DNA from: a virus
Strand: one strand, 5' to 3'
IMG/VR virus record: IMGVR_UViG_3300009151_000043
Coordinates: 31,419-95,418 of that record
Length of the DNA stretch: 64,000 nt
A program made the translations under genes and the position numbers. The notes beneath the pieces were generated by a model. It worked only from the letters and a program-made list of their open reading frames with translations, ran no database searches and was not told the origin of the DNA. Below are positions 39,943 through 49,750 of the stretch, piece after piece (the stretch's first letter is position 1; the number at the start of each line of letters is the position of its first letter).

Positions 39943-42900
39943 CTAATCTCCCACAACCAATTTTAAGCTGATGTAGTTCATTGGGTACGGTACATGCAGA
40001 CGTACTTCGCAATCAATTCTATCTTTGTAGGTGGCGTTTTGCTCTAGTTTAATGATGTCGGTTTGTGGATCAAAGCTAACCAATTGGTTACCTGCTCTCG
40101 TTGTGCGGGTACCTGTGGCTCGGAAGTAAAGCTCACTCACTACAGCATTTCTCACTGCGAAAACCGCTGCAGGGTTGATGTTCCATTTTCCTATGAAAGG
40201 TGTTAAAACATTCTTTAGAGCATAGCTGATATTGTCTACGTTCGTCGTGATGGAATCTTCCGAGGTGTTTAAGTTGCTTGTGTCTGTGGTGAGTTGATGT
40301 CTGACATAAGGCGTAGCACCAATCACTTCTTGGGTGATTATCCAGATGCCTTGCTCTGCCATAGTGTTCAAGTCGTCCTGAGAAAACTCAATAACTACCT
40401 TAGATAGGTCGTCAGCCCCCAAATACTGGGTATTAGTCAACCCCTGATGAGGCACAACTCCCCCACGCAAACCTGCAAGACCTGCGGCAGCAAAATATCC
40501 CTGCTTGACCACACCGTCGTACTTGAATGTGTCTGGGAATACGCAGCGCACGCGGCGGTTATTAAACTCCCCACCGATAAAGGCGATGTTCGTGGCGCTC
40601 AGACTTAGTATAGTTTCTGATAACTTGCACCTTCACCGCAGAGTTAATTGGACTAGCCAACGCTCTTGTTATAGTTAACGTTGTGTTGGACTTCACAGTG
40701 TCCACGATATATTCATCATAAATTAACTTACCTGTTGGATCTATCCTGAAGTTAAGCCTGATGCTGTCTGTAGGTCTGACACCGTCTTCAACAAACTTAG
40801 CTCCTACAACAGTCACCAGCTTGTATTGAGTATTGGACACCGATGTGTCGTCAGTGATTGTGGCGGTGTACGGTGTCTCTCCGTCTTCTTTAAGGTCATA
40901 CAGGACCTTAGTCTTTTTATCTTCGACAGAAAGCCAGGCAATTCTCCAGCGTCCTACTTCAGGAGTACTGTAGGCGTTAACATGAGATACGACAGCGTCC
41001 TGGATGGCTCTGTCGAAAGTCATAGGTACAAAGCTATACACCTTATCGCTTTTTTCCGAAATCTTAATTGCTTCAACATAGCCTGGAAGGTCGTTAGAGG
41101 CTACTGCCAAGAAATAGACAATCTGATTGTTACTATTCAGTACAGCGTCGTATACCCCTTGAGCCAAAGGATTATCAGGGTGTACGACACCTAGTTTGGA
41201 TTGTACACTAGCTAAATCTCTAACAGAGTCGATAGTCACCACATTACTGGTCAGCAGATCTCTGTGCTCAACAAATACTTTTGCAGCCAAGATTGGAAGT
41301 CTGGCGGGTTCACCCAGAACAGTCAGCTTTGGATTAAAAGTTGTCCAGTTAGCGTTGATAGATATGTACGTGTCTTCCTGGTCCCAGTTATTGTCTTCTT
41401 CACCGTTGATGTCACGGATCTGCGCTATCTCTATGCTGCGTTGATGAAGGGATAATGTAGCTACTTTGTTCGTAGATGCTGGGGTGAGCATTGCGTCCGG
41501 CAAAGCGTCAGCAAGCTGCACAATTCTGGCTGCTCCGTGTCTGGGGGCCAATACAGGCACAAAATAAACATCACCAACGATAAGCCCACCATTATTTGAG
41601 GCATCGTCAAATTCACCTGTAACTCCAAAGCGCCCGATAGGGAAAGAGCTTTCAATTCTAGGGAGCACGACAGAAGGTACATCGATATCTGAGGCTGTAA
41701 TTTTAAGTCTGGCGCAGGTAGCAGCATTGCTTCCGTTATAGAAAGCTCCGCCACGCTCTACGACAATCTTGTATGTCATGTCGATGGGTCCGATATAGTC
41801 GCCACCACCAACAATTTCAACAGGGGAAACATCAGCAAAGACAGTTAAAGAATACTGTGCGGTAGCTACAAAGTTTGTAGAGCTTTTGAAGTTGAGTCTG
41901 ACATTGTTACCGTTATTGGTGTCCAGCGTCAGGTAATACTCAGAGCCTACGTGGGTAAGTGCAACATTATTAACTGGGGTGAACGCATGGTTCAAAGACT
42001 CAACCCTAAATAACACATCAGCTAATGTGCCTCCAGTAGTGACTGTGGCTCTGTAGGTATCATTAAAGATAGTTTTGTTGTTGTAGCCTACGTAGGCAGT
42101 AGTTGCGTTAATAACCGTGACCACGTTACCTGGAGGGCTAAGTAAGGTCGACACGGCACCATTGAGTACCTCTGTGGATGCTTGCGCGTTGTTGATGTCT
42201 CCGTAAGTTCCTGCGATTCTGAAAGAATAATGGTCCCCACCTAAGTCAGGCAAGATCTGGTCAAGCAAAAGTACTTTTTCGGAAACCAAGCCGACGATTT
42301 TACGTACAATTCCTTCGCTCGTTGTGAGATAATTTCCTACAACATCGGCTGCCGAGAACACACTAGTGTCTGTGGCTGTAAACGTGTTCGATGCGTCGTT
42401 ACCTTGCCCTGTACCGAAGTAATCTCCTGAGCCTGTAAGATCTAATTGAGGAGCCACCTGAGAAGCCAGGCTCATGTCTTCAATGTGGGTCAACGTATGG
42501 ACTGCGGTAACACGCGAGCGTGCAACATTGTTCAAGTCATCTGTAACAGTAATGATGTCTCCGATAGAGACGTCACGATCACCAAAACAAGAGGAACGGT
42601 CGTGCCCATTAGCTGTCTTTAGATACACTTCAGTAAATTGTAATTGATTGCTGTGATACTGCCCTGAAGGACCAGGGACGAGCTCTACACTAGCGTCTGA
42701 TTCAATAGAGCTGCCCAGAGCTTCAAGAGGGAAGTACTGCGCTTCGACAGACTCAGCAAAAACTTTAGTATAGCTTTGATCTACATGCGCACCAGGGAGA
42801 ACATTAGGAATATCATAACGTGTACCTATTACGGTAGAGTTGTTCATGACGATCTCGCTACCTACCGGGTCATAATTATTAGCCTCAGGGAGGGCCACAC

Positions 42901-43060
42901 CATCAAGTGTTCCAATAATTGTGGATGCCTTTTCTCCGGCCACTGAATATCTATGTAGGTCAAAATTTGGACCTATGATGAATGCGGGTAGAGGAAACTC
43001 TCCGTAAACAGGCAGCTGAAGGAACTCTTGTTGAATTAGGACGCGTGGTGTAATGTACAT
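39943..43060 (-). CDS. Tail sheath protein, frameshifted near 40595 (track ORFs 40562-43060 and 39943-40551)
   Basis: N-terminus MYITPRVLIQQEF with AGGAG RBS. The C-terminal piece has sheath motifs (GYFAAAGLAGLRGG..PHQGLTN, VRHQLTT, VPYPMNYI). The frames join as ..KSER|ATNIAFIGGEFNNRRVRCVFP. Confidence 0.85.
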
Positions 43061-43098
43061 ATTTTTTTCTCCTGTATAGTTTATTTATACTTTAGTTA

Positions 43099-43127
43099 AG
43101 TCTATTTAATTTTTGGCTAGCGAGCAA
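43099..43127 (-). promoter_or_regulatory. sigma70-type promoter of the sheath gene
   Basis: TTGCTC-N17-TAGACT. Confidence 0.55.
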
Positions 43128-43146
43128 TCTTTTTTTTAACTATTGT

Positions 43147-43818
43147 TTATTTGCAAACATCTCCCTCGGTCGAGGTAGACAGCATGAATGTTTTAAGCTT
43201 TAAGTCGTCTCCTATGAGGTACCAGTTCATGTCGAAATGCGTAAGCAATGTAATGTTTATAACAAAGTGGTCTTTACTCTCCAAGTATAGCTGAGGCGGA
43301 CTCACGTTAGCAACTTGAATTCTTCGAAAATTAAAATCATTTGTTAGTGTTTCTAAATGCCTCAAGAAGAATTTGAACACGTACTCAGCTAGCTGTTCTA
43401 CAAAACCCACATTAGTGGCTACAATTGCAATAATTATAGGAAGCTCTATAATGGCTGACTTGGTCTTCGTTGACTCTGCAGGGTTCTGGGCAAGCAGCTG
43501 ATTCCAGATAGGGTATTTAAATGATGACTCTCCTCTAGAAATATAGACCCCTGGTCTTTTCTGGATGATAGCGTCTTTGTAGCTATAGGCTATCTCTAAA
43601 CCTATCCCTGACTTGAGTGGATCCTCGTCGTATCTTTGAGAAAACATATAGCCTTCTTCTTGAGGCGAGTTCACCAGCATGTAGTTTTTTAAAGCTTCGT
43701 AGCAGATGTTTTGTACTGTCCATGGAGTTAACACAGGTACACGCTCGTCTCGCTCATTCAGCTCTCTGATATAAGGATCGACTCTTGGGTTTGGACAAAT
43801 TTCGGTATCGTCAGCCAT
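43147..43818 (-). CDS. Putative tail terminator/completion protein
   Basis: 223 aa between the neck and sheath genes; QKRPGVYISRG. Confidence 0.55.
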   Translation of the reverse strand: MADDTEICPNPRVDPYIRELNERDERVPVLTPWTVQNICYEALKNYMLVNSPQEEGYMFSQRYDEDPLKSGIGLEIAYSYKDAIIQKRPGVYISRGESSFKYPIWNQLLAQNPAESTKTKSAIIELPIIIAIVATNVGFVEQLAEYVFKFFLRHLETLTNDFNFRRIQVANVSPPQLYLESKDHFVINITLLTHFDMNWYLIGDDLKLKTFMLSTSTEGDVCK

Positions 43819-43833
43819 GGTGTATGTTTTGAG

Positions 43834-44673
43834 CTACGCCTTAAAATCAAACGTCGCTGGAATGGGTATAGAATATATTGTGTCGCTGATAGGTATCACG
43901 TTCATAGACAACTTCTGTAGTATAATTATACTGGTACCTGGAAACTGCTTTGTGTTTTTAGCTGAGACACTATATCTGACACCTTCTTGGGCGTCACAAA
44001 TAATATCTCTGACTTCAGTAATAGGGTAACCAGGCATTCTTATATTTGCACTATATTTTTCTTTTACACCTATGCCGCTGGGGTCAAGCTGCTTGTCTTG
44101 GTCAGTAGATTCTACTATAAAAGTACAAGGTACCGGTGGAAAATAGCCTTCGTCCACTCCGACGCCATAGTCTTCTAGCTTCGTATCTGCTATAGGTACA
44201 CCTGATACAGGATCTATATTCTTATGTGCTACCCTGTTGCCTCCTATAGTTCCTCCATAAGACTTTCTGCGCAAGAGCCAGGCAGATGCTCCTCCGTATC
44301 TACATAACAGTATTTCTTTACGTATTACCTCAGCAGCCATAGCGTAGCGCTGTCTTTCTTGTCGGCTAGTACCAAAAAGTACAGGATAAGAATTATAGCG
44401 CTTACCATCTGCCGCAGTAAGACAGACCCTGTAAGCGTAGTTTGGTTCCCAAGACTGCTTGGCTCGCGTATCATCTACAGCGAAAAATACTTCACCAAGA
44501 TTTTTTTTAGTAGCTATCAACTCATTAAAAGCGTCGTTCTCGGCAATCTCTAATGAAAAGTTATAAGGGCGGACAGCCTTAAAAAAAGGATCCAGCTGCC
44601 ACTGCACAACATGTCCTCTTTCCCAATCAGGGATTACAGAGATGTGCTTAAAAACTCTATTGGCTACAGCCAT
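43834..44673 (-). CDS. Putative head closure/neck protein
   Basis: 279 aa; gene order; GVGVDEGYFPP..YPITEVRDII pattern. Confidence 0.5.
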   Translation of the reverse strand: MAVANRVFKHISVIPDWERGHVVQWQLDPFFKAVRPYNFSLEIAENDAFNELIATKKNLGEVFFAVDDTRAKQSWEPNYAYRVCLTAADGKRYNSYPVLFGTSRQERQRYAMAAEVIRKEILLCRYGGASAWLLRRKSYGGTIGGNRVAHKNIDPVSGVPIADTKLEDYGVGVDEGYFPPVPCTFIVESTDQDKQLDPSGIGVKEKYSANIRMPGYPITEVRDIICDAQEGVRYSVSAKNTKQFPGTSIIILQKLSMNVIPISDTIYSIPIPATFDFKA

Positions 44674-44675
44674 GC

Positions 44676-44885
44676 TTATTTACCTCCGCGCAATATTTCA
44701 GCAACTACCTTGAAGTCTTTTGCAACTTCAGCAAAACCACCATTTAAAATACTGTTTATAGACTTTTTAACCTTATGCTTCAATATTTTCGCACGTATTC
44801 TAGCCTTGAAAGATGGGCTTTGCAGTGCGGTATCTGCGGCCTGGTAAGCTTGCTTTCCTGCATTAAATAGTTTCTCCGGCATCAT
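44676..44885 (-). CDS. Hypothetical basic protein, 69 aa
   Basis: Fills the operon with abutting start and stop. Confidence 0.55.
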   Translation of the reverse strand: MMPEKLFNAGKQAYQAADTALQSPSFKARIRAKILKHKVKKSINSILNGGFAEVAKDFKVVAEILRGGK

Positions 44886-45332
44886 TTAGAACCTCCTTCT
44901 ATAGATATATTCTGAGTGTTTGACTCCATATATTTGGGCGATGTTATGGTTCATCTTTATCTGTTGTCCTAGCTCTTTAAAGTCTTGCTGTAAGGCCTGC
45001 GATAGCGACATGAATATCTGCGCCTTATCTTTATCGTTAATCTGTACGCCGTCTGCCGCATAAGAGAGTGAGTTGGCTGCCTCATTTATCGATCCTGACC
45101 GTAAAAGGTATGCAGCTGTACCCAGCAGCAAAAGCGATCTATAAGGAAACGACTCTATAGAATGCATGATCCCTGTAGGAGGGTTCATTAGGTTATAATA
45201 GTCTACCGTATTAATCATCGCCTGCTCTATCATCTCAGGGGTAAATCTAACTCCCAACAACAATGGATTAAGCTCCTGCCTGTCTTGCAGGAAGAGCCGT
45301 ACTTCTTCTGCTGTAAGAATAGGGGTAGCCAT
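44886..45332 (-). CDS. Putative head-tail adaptor protein
   Basis: 148 aa, helical, after the MCP; LTAEEVRLFLQD..FTPEMIEQAM..LSYAADGVQIND. Confidence 0.6.
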   Translation of the reverse strand: MATPILTAEEVRLFLQDRQELNPLLLGVRFTPEMIEQAMINTVDYYNLMNPPTGIMHSIESFPYRSLLLLGTAAYLLRSGSINEAANSLSYAADGVQINDKDKAQIFMSLSQALQQDFKELGQQIKMNHNIAQIYGVKHSEYIYRRRF

Positions 45333-45334
45333 AA

Positions 45335-45625
45335 TTAACCTTTTGGTGGTGTTGGAGACAGATCTAGCGCTTTAGCTTTTAATGGTGCACCTGTAGGCGC
45401 TCCAGAGCTAGGGTTCGTTATTCCTGGTGACATGGTATTGTTCGACATGGGTGTCGCGTTTATCCTGGCCATGTTGTTGCCTGAGCTTACTTCCGCTGTC
45501 TGTAAATGGTCTGCTGTTTCTGCTGCGGTCGTTCCGCCTCCTCCTCCCCCAGGTGGAGGTGTAATCTGCATCGATGCTTTTTCCATATACCTAGTAAAGT
45601 CCACCAAGATATTTTCTTCTTTCAT
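45335..45625 (-). CDS. Low-complexity P/G/T protein, possibly leaderless
   Basis: 96 aa, FTRYMEKAS then PPPGGGGGG. The ATG lies 6 nt downstream of a TATAAT. Confidence 0.6.
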   Translation of the reverse strand: MKEENILVDFTRYMEKASMQITPPPGGGGGGTTAAETADHLQTAEVSSGNNMARINATPMSNNTMSPGITNPSSGAPTGAPLKAKALDLSPTPPKG

Positions 45626-45631
45626 AGCTTA

Positions 45632-45660
45632 ATTATACATTTAACCCGCCTAGTTATCAA
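45632..45660 (-). promoter_or_regulatory. sigma70-type promoter of the neck operon
   Basis: TTGATA-N17-TATAAT. Confidence 0.75.
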
Positions 45661-45676
45661 GAGGGATATCGACAAC

Positions 45677-45703
45677 AAAAAGGGGGCCCGCAGGCCCCCT
45701 TTT
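45677..45703 (-). terminator. Intrinsic terminator after the major capsid gene
   Basis: GGGGGCC-TGCG-GGCCCCC followed by TTTTT on the minus strand. Confidence 0.85.
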
Positions 45704-45727
45704 ATAGTGTCTTTTACTTTTCTTGCA

Positions 45728-46687
45728 TTAAGCGTTGAAGTCGATCTTCACAACACCCTTCACGTTGCCGATGGCAAGCGAGAGGTTCATGTACTGGAAG
45801 TACTCGAGGAAGTAGGCTTCGTTCTTCATGAACACTGTGAGAGGCTGCAATCTGTAGTACTTGCCGAAGAACTCTTCGGAGGAGAACAGATAGATCACAC
45901 CGTCAGGGACGAGATCGCGCTTGATGGTGTAGATCGGTTTCACGCCCAAGAGAGTCTTGGAAGGAAGTCCATTGACCCACATTTCCTGCGCCATGTCGCC
46001 GCCGACTTCAGAACGACTCATTTTAACGAAGTCATCTGCAGTAACGTTGTTCATCAGCATAACACCCTTTGTTTCTCCGCCGTCTGGCTGAGAAGGACCG
46101 AAAGGTACCCTGAGACGCTTGATGACCTTGAAGGCTTCAGCGACGTTCTCACGAGTGATACCACCACTGATAGTAACATTCTGAGGAAGTCCGAGACCGT
46201 TAAGTGCATTAGCTGTGTTAACTGTGCCGATAACACTGTTAACGCGGGTCATGAAACGTGTATCGATTTCTGTGGCGATGTCCTTTGTGGACAACTCAAG
46301 CATGATCGCACGGATATCATAATCGTAGCTTCTGAGCTGGTCGATGTCCTTGTTGAACTTCGGGCTCGTGATACGTGTGAAGTAGGAAGGATACCGTGTA
46401 CCAGAGAACTGGAACATGTCAGGCACTACACCCAAAGGAATAGTGACGGCAGGAGCAGTATCAGGCTCACGATCGTTCCACTTAACAAGAAGCTCAGGAT
46501 TCTCAGACTTGTCGAGATCATCATTGCTGATGTCGATAGGTGTGATAATCTTTTCTGTGAAGCTTTCTTCACGAAGCTTGTTACGTGTGAAGGACTGTGC
46601 ACTCACAGCTGCTTTCTTTTCTTCACCAGCTTTAACCATTTCAACGAACGTATCGTTGAACACTCTTTGATTAGCGATTTTTTCCAT
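45728..46687 (-). CDS. Major capsid protein (HK97-fold-like)
   Basis: 319 aa with strong C-ending codon bias, followed by a terminator and downstream of the protease and cement genes. FTRITSPKFNKDI..L, DIATEIDTRF and VPDGVIYLF patterns. Confidence 0.8.
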   Translation of the reverse strand: MEKIANQRVFNDTFVEMVKAGEEKKAAVSAQSFTRNKLREESFTEKIITPIDISNDDLDKSENPELLVKWNDREPDTAPAVTIPLGVVPDMFQFSGTRYPSYFTRITSPKFNKDIDQLRSYDYDIRAIMLELSTKDIATEIDTRFMTRVNSVIGTVNTANALNGLGLPQNVTISGGITRENVAEAFKVIKRLRVPFGPSQPDGGETKGVMLMNNVTADDFVKMSRSEVGGDMAQEMWVNGLPSKTLLGVKPIYTIKRDLVPDGVIYLFSSEEFFGKYYRLQPLTVFMKNEAYFLEYFQYMNLSLAIGNVKGVVKIDFNA

Positions 46688-46704
46688 ATATTATGTATCT
46701 AGGT

Positions 46705-47187
46705 TTAGCTGTACAATTTAACTCCGAGCACGGTGATAACACCCTGCACTTTATAACCATTGATCACCTGGGTGACGCCTGGGATTGAGCGGCTGCCTTC
46801 AACCTGGCCGATGACTCTGTCAGATCCTCCAGCTGCCTTAACATTACCTGTACCGGCTTCTGCTGTAAGCAAGTCTCCGAGGCTGTAGCTGGAGGCGTCT
46901 CCAACGAACTTATCGGTTTCGATGACGGATGCGCCATCCAAAGCATACACGCCGATGACTCCAGATTCAATCACGTCACCAGCTGTCTGGCTGTTGATTG
47001 CAAACCCGAGAAGTTCATCTTTAGCTGTAGCTACGCTAGAGCCCTTTTTGACTTCTGTGACTGCACCGTTTGGTTCCAAGCGAACAATCATCCCTGCTTC
47101 GATATTTGCGCCGCTCTCGTTGTTTGGCACCCCAACATAGTTGATTTGGTGCAAACTAAGAGCAGGTCCTTTTTTGAAATTAATCAT
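46705..47187 (-). CDS. Capsid cement/decoration protein
   Basis: 160 aa directly upstream of the MCP, with AGGAG RBS. IEAGMIV..LLGFA..YSLGDLLT..VIGQV is a beta-tulip-like pattern. Confidence 0.65.
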   Translation of the reverse strand: MINFKKGPALSLHQINYVGVPNNESGANIEAGMIVRLEPNGAVTEVKKGSSVATAKDELLGFAINSQTAGDVIESGVIGVYALDGASVIETDKFVGDASSYSLGDLLTAEAGTGNVKAAGGSDRVIGQVEGSRSIPGVTQVINGYKVQGVITVLGVKLYS

Positions 47188-47345
47188 TTTAGTTTTCTCC
47201 TATTTGTTTTGTTTGTTGATTTGTTTTTGAGGTTTTCCTCAGTTTGCTTCAAACCCCGAATTCCGATCAAGGAGAGTTCAGAAATTGTCTGCTGAAAGTT
47301 AATATAGTTATTTTCTTAGAAAATAACTATTTAGTCAATATTATT

Positions 47346-47822
47346 TTAATCGAATAGACTTGGAGTCTCCACGTCCTTCAAATGCTTTTTATGTATCTCA
47401 TCCATGAACGCCTTTTGCTGTTTACCTCCCCCATGAATCATTTTGGCTAAAGCTGCCACCGGAGCGAGTCCGGGCACCATTTCCGCAGCCGAGAGACCTA
47501 CCCCCATGTCACCTGCTGTACCACCAGTATACCTTCTTACTGCCCTAGTTGCTGCCTCGGTCAATGGGCCACCAACAAAAGGGTTCGCTATGTAATGCCC
47601 GAGATGATGTTTGCGATTATAGACAAGACCTTTCAGCTTTTCATCTGCAGCATATCTTGAGGCTGTGTTATCTGCGTCCCATGGACCTATATGCTCTTCC
47701 TCTTTATCCTTATGTTTATCTTTTGCAAATTTTCCTAAAAGCTCTAGAGCCTCCTGTTGGGATACTCCGTATTCACTAGCTCTCTTAACGAATCCAGTGA
47801 TGTATGCTTGTTGTGTGTTCAT
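47346..47822 (-). CDS. Putative internal head protein with N-terminal shared module
   Basis: AYITGFVKRASEYGVSQQEALELLGKFA followed by an unrelated cargo region. Confidence 0.7.
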   Translation of the reverse strand: MNTQQAYITGFVKRASEYGVSQQEALELLGKFAKDKHKDKEEEHIGPWDADNTASRYAADEKLKGLVYNRKHHLGHYIANPFVGGPLTEAATRAVRRYTGGTAGDMGVGLSAAEMVPGLAPVAALAKMIHGGGKQQKAFMDEIHKKHLKDVETPSLFD

Positions 47823-47825
47823 AGA

Positions 47826-48266
47826 TTACTCCTCCTGTTGGGTTAAGCGTTCTTTTAATAATTTTCTTTCAGCCATTTGCTTGGTCAACATATCTACGGG
47901 GGTACCTACACCAGCGCCGACAGCTCCCCCTATAGCTCCGCCTTTCAAGGCTGAAGCTAGCACACTAGCGTTGCCTGAATACGGATTAACTTTACGTGTT
48001 ATCCCGTTCAATAATGAGGCGAGCGCCGCTGCACCTAAGCCCCCTGTAATGGCTCCTGCTCCTGCTCCTGTGTATTTACCTATGTTGCGTGCCAGGTGGG
48101 CGGGAGCTCCTTCTTCGCTCACAGCATCCCCGAGTTCGTCAGTACCAGAATAACCAAAATGAGATGATGCAGACTTAAGTAGCGCAACGGCCTCTTGTTC
48201 GGTGAGGCTGTACATACCGGCTCTTTTTATAAATCCGGCAATAAAACTATCGTCAATATTAGGCAT
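47826..48266 (-). CDS. Putative internal head protein: shared module plus glycine-zipper helices
   Basis: SFIAGFIKRAGMYSLTEQEAVALLKSAS; GAGAGAITGGLG and GGAIGGAVGAGVG. Confidence 0.7.
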   Translation of the reverse strand: MPNIDDSFIAGFIKRAGMYSLTEQEAVALLKSASSHFGYSGTDELGDAVSEEGAPAHLARNIGKYTGAGAGAITGGLGAAALASLLNGITRKVNPYSGNASVLASALKGGAIGGAVGAGVGTPVDMLTKQMAERKLLKERLTQQEE

Positions 48267-48269
48267 AAA

Positions 48270-48662
48270 TTAATCGTCTAGTAGGTTATAACCATTGTCG
48301 TAACCGAAAGCTCTCCTCAGTACAGGATCATCTGACTGCCCAGAGGCCTTTACAGTTGCAGACTTGCCCATATAGGCTACGTCAGCTGCGTTACAAACTC
48401 GCTCAACCACCTTAGCCAGATATTTTGGATCTTCTTTGGCTCTTTTAACGAAAAGAGCTCTTTCATCCTCATCATTAATAAAATCTGAGCTATACATCGC
48501 GTCTGCGGCTTTTTTAATTGCTTGGTCTAGCTCAGTGTTTTTCCTAACCGTTTCTGCTCCCTCTTTAACCTGCAGCGTATGTACTTGCTGTTTAAGCTCT
48601 GCAATCTCTGACAAGGCCACCTTAACAAAGGCTTCAACTTTATGTAGTGCTTGTTTGGTCAT
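48270..48662 (-). CDS. Putative scaffold/core protein (coiled coil)
   Basis: 130 aa; KQA, KVA, KAA, KRA and KSA motifs. Confidence 0.65.
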   Translation of the reverse strand: MTKQALHKVEAFVKVALSEIAELKQQVHTLQVKEGAETVRKNTELDQAIKKAADAMYSSDFINDEDERALFVKRAKEDPKYLAKVVERVCNAADVAYMGKSATVKASGQSDDPVLRRAFGYDNGYNLLDD

Positions 48663-48795
48663 TTTTCACCTTTTCTAGAGTTATAAGACTGTCAATATAC
48701 TCAATGACTTTAGACTTATCTTCTTGGCTTAGATGTTGAAGAGCCTGCAGAGCCTGCTCTTCAACTAAGCTTTTCTTCGCAGAAGTGGCAGCCAT
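48640..48795 (-). CDS. Small 51-aa ORF (below track cut-off)
   Basis: Manual translation MAATSAKKSLVEEQALQALQHLSQEDKSKVIEYIDSLITLEKVKNDQTSTT*; fills the gap in the operon. Confidence 0.55.
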   Translation of the reverse strand: MAATSAKKSLVEEQALQALQHLSQEDKSKVIEYIDSLITLEKVKNDQTSTT

Positions 48796-48812
48796 CGTTA
48801 TTGTGGCCTGAA

Positions 48813-49727
48813 CTACTTGCTTTCGCCAGTAACCACTTCAGCCTTAAGTCTGTTTAAAACAGTGTCTGCGACAGATGCGGCTAATTTTTCTTGTGTTGCG
48901 AATGCATGTTGCTCGGCTTCTGCCTGCTTAAAGAAAGCCTCATACTCAGCTAATTTAGCGGAAAGCTGCTGGTTTTCAGCAAGCGCTTCCTCCAAGGCGG
49001 CCTGCTTGAGCAATTCGTCAAAATAAGTCGCACCTGCTGTCTCAGCTTCAACAGCTTGCTGCGCTGCTTGTTTTTCTTGCTGCTGGTTATTTTCTAGTTC
49101 TTCAGCAGCTTGAGCAATGAGTACATCAAAATCTCTACGACCTGCTTCTTTCAGCATCTCCAGTTCATCTACAGCAGGAGCTTCGCTAGCGGCCTTCAAC
49201 AGGGCGGCACAGAACTGGCGACCCAACTCGTAAGAGGCTACCTTGGCGGCAAGCTCTTCAACTTCAGCTGCCTTCTTGGCGCTAGCTAAAGGTTTAGAGT
49301 CATCTGTCGATGCTTTCTGGCTATAGTTCTGCTTGTTGTTCTCAGGCTTCACGGCATTCTTGTCGGTCTTTTCCTGGCCATCGCCAACGCTTTCAGATTT
49401 AACAGCGCCTGGCTTGCCGGTGGCGGAGTCCTGAGCTTCAGCTTGTTTACGTAGAATATCTAGAATTTCTGCTCCAAGATTTTCTGCCGTCTTTGTTTTG
49501 GCGAGAGGTTCGGAAGAGTCTTCAGAAGGTTTCTGGGAGTAGCTCTGAGGAACATTTTCAGGACCTACAGAATTCTTATTATAGCCTTCGTGCTCGTCCC
49601 CGACACTAACAGACTTGACGTCTCCTCCGGGTGCTCCGGAGATGTTCTTCTGTGCTTCTTCTGCCTGTTTTTTCACCATTGAATGAAGTTGATTGAGGAC
49701 CTCTGCGTGTTTAGTTAATTTAGCCAT
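48813..49727 (-). CDS. Putative prohead scaffold/core protein with internal duplication
   Basis: 304 aa with AGGAG RBS and its own promoter, an acidic coiled-coil C-terminus, at least 12 K-x-A motifs and two ~65-aa repeats. Confidence 0.7.
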   Translation of the reverse strand: MAKLTKHAEVLNQLHSMVKKQAEEAQKNISGAPGGDVKSVSVGDEHEGYNKNSVGPENVPQSYSQKPSEDSSEPLAKTKTAENLGAEILDILRKQAEAQDSATGKPGAVKSESVGDGQEKTDKNAVKPENNKQNYSQKASTDDSKPLASAKKAAEVEELAAKVASYELGRQFCAALLKAASEAPAVDELEMLKEAGRRDFDVLIAQAAEELENNQQQEKQAAQQAVEAETAGATYFDELLKQAALEEALAENQQLSAKLAEYEAFFKQAEAEQHAFATQEKLAASVADTVLNRLKAEVVTGESK

Positions 49728-49750
49728 GTTATTTACTCCTAATTTTTTAA

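Noticed and set aside
21439-42046. Diversity-generating retroelement template/variable repeat pair
   Set aside because: The match is only ~32 nt, both copies are in-frame inside genes, and no reverse transcriptase is present in the window.
22294-43818. Extracellular contractile injection system or tailocin on a bacterial chromosome
   Set aside because: Capsid, cement, prohead protease and neck genes are contiguous with the tail genes, and no host housekeeping context is present.
45506-46702. 398-aa plus-strand ORF antisense to the major capsid gene
   Set aside because: It is a shadow frame explained by the MCP's strong codon bias (few TTA/CTA/TCA codons). It has no RBS and no protein-like motifs.
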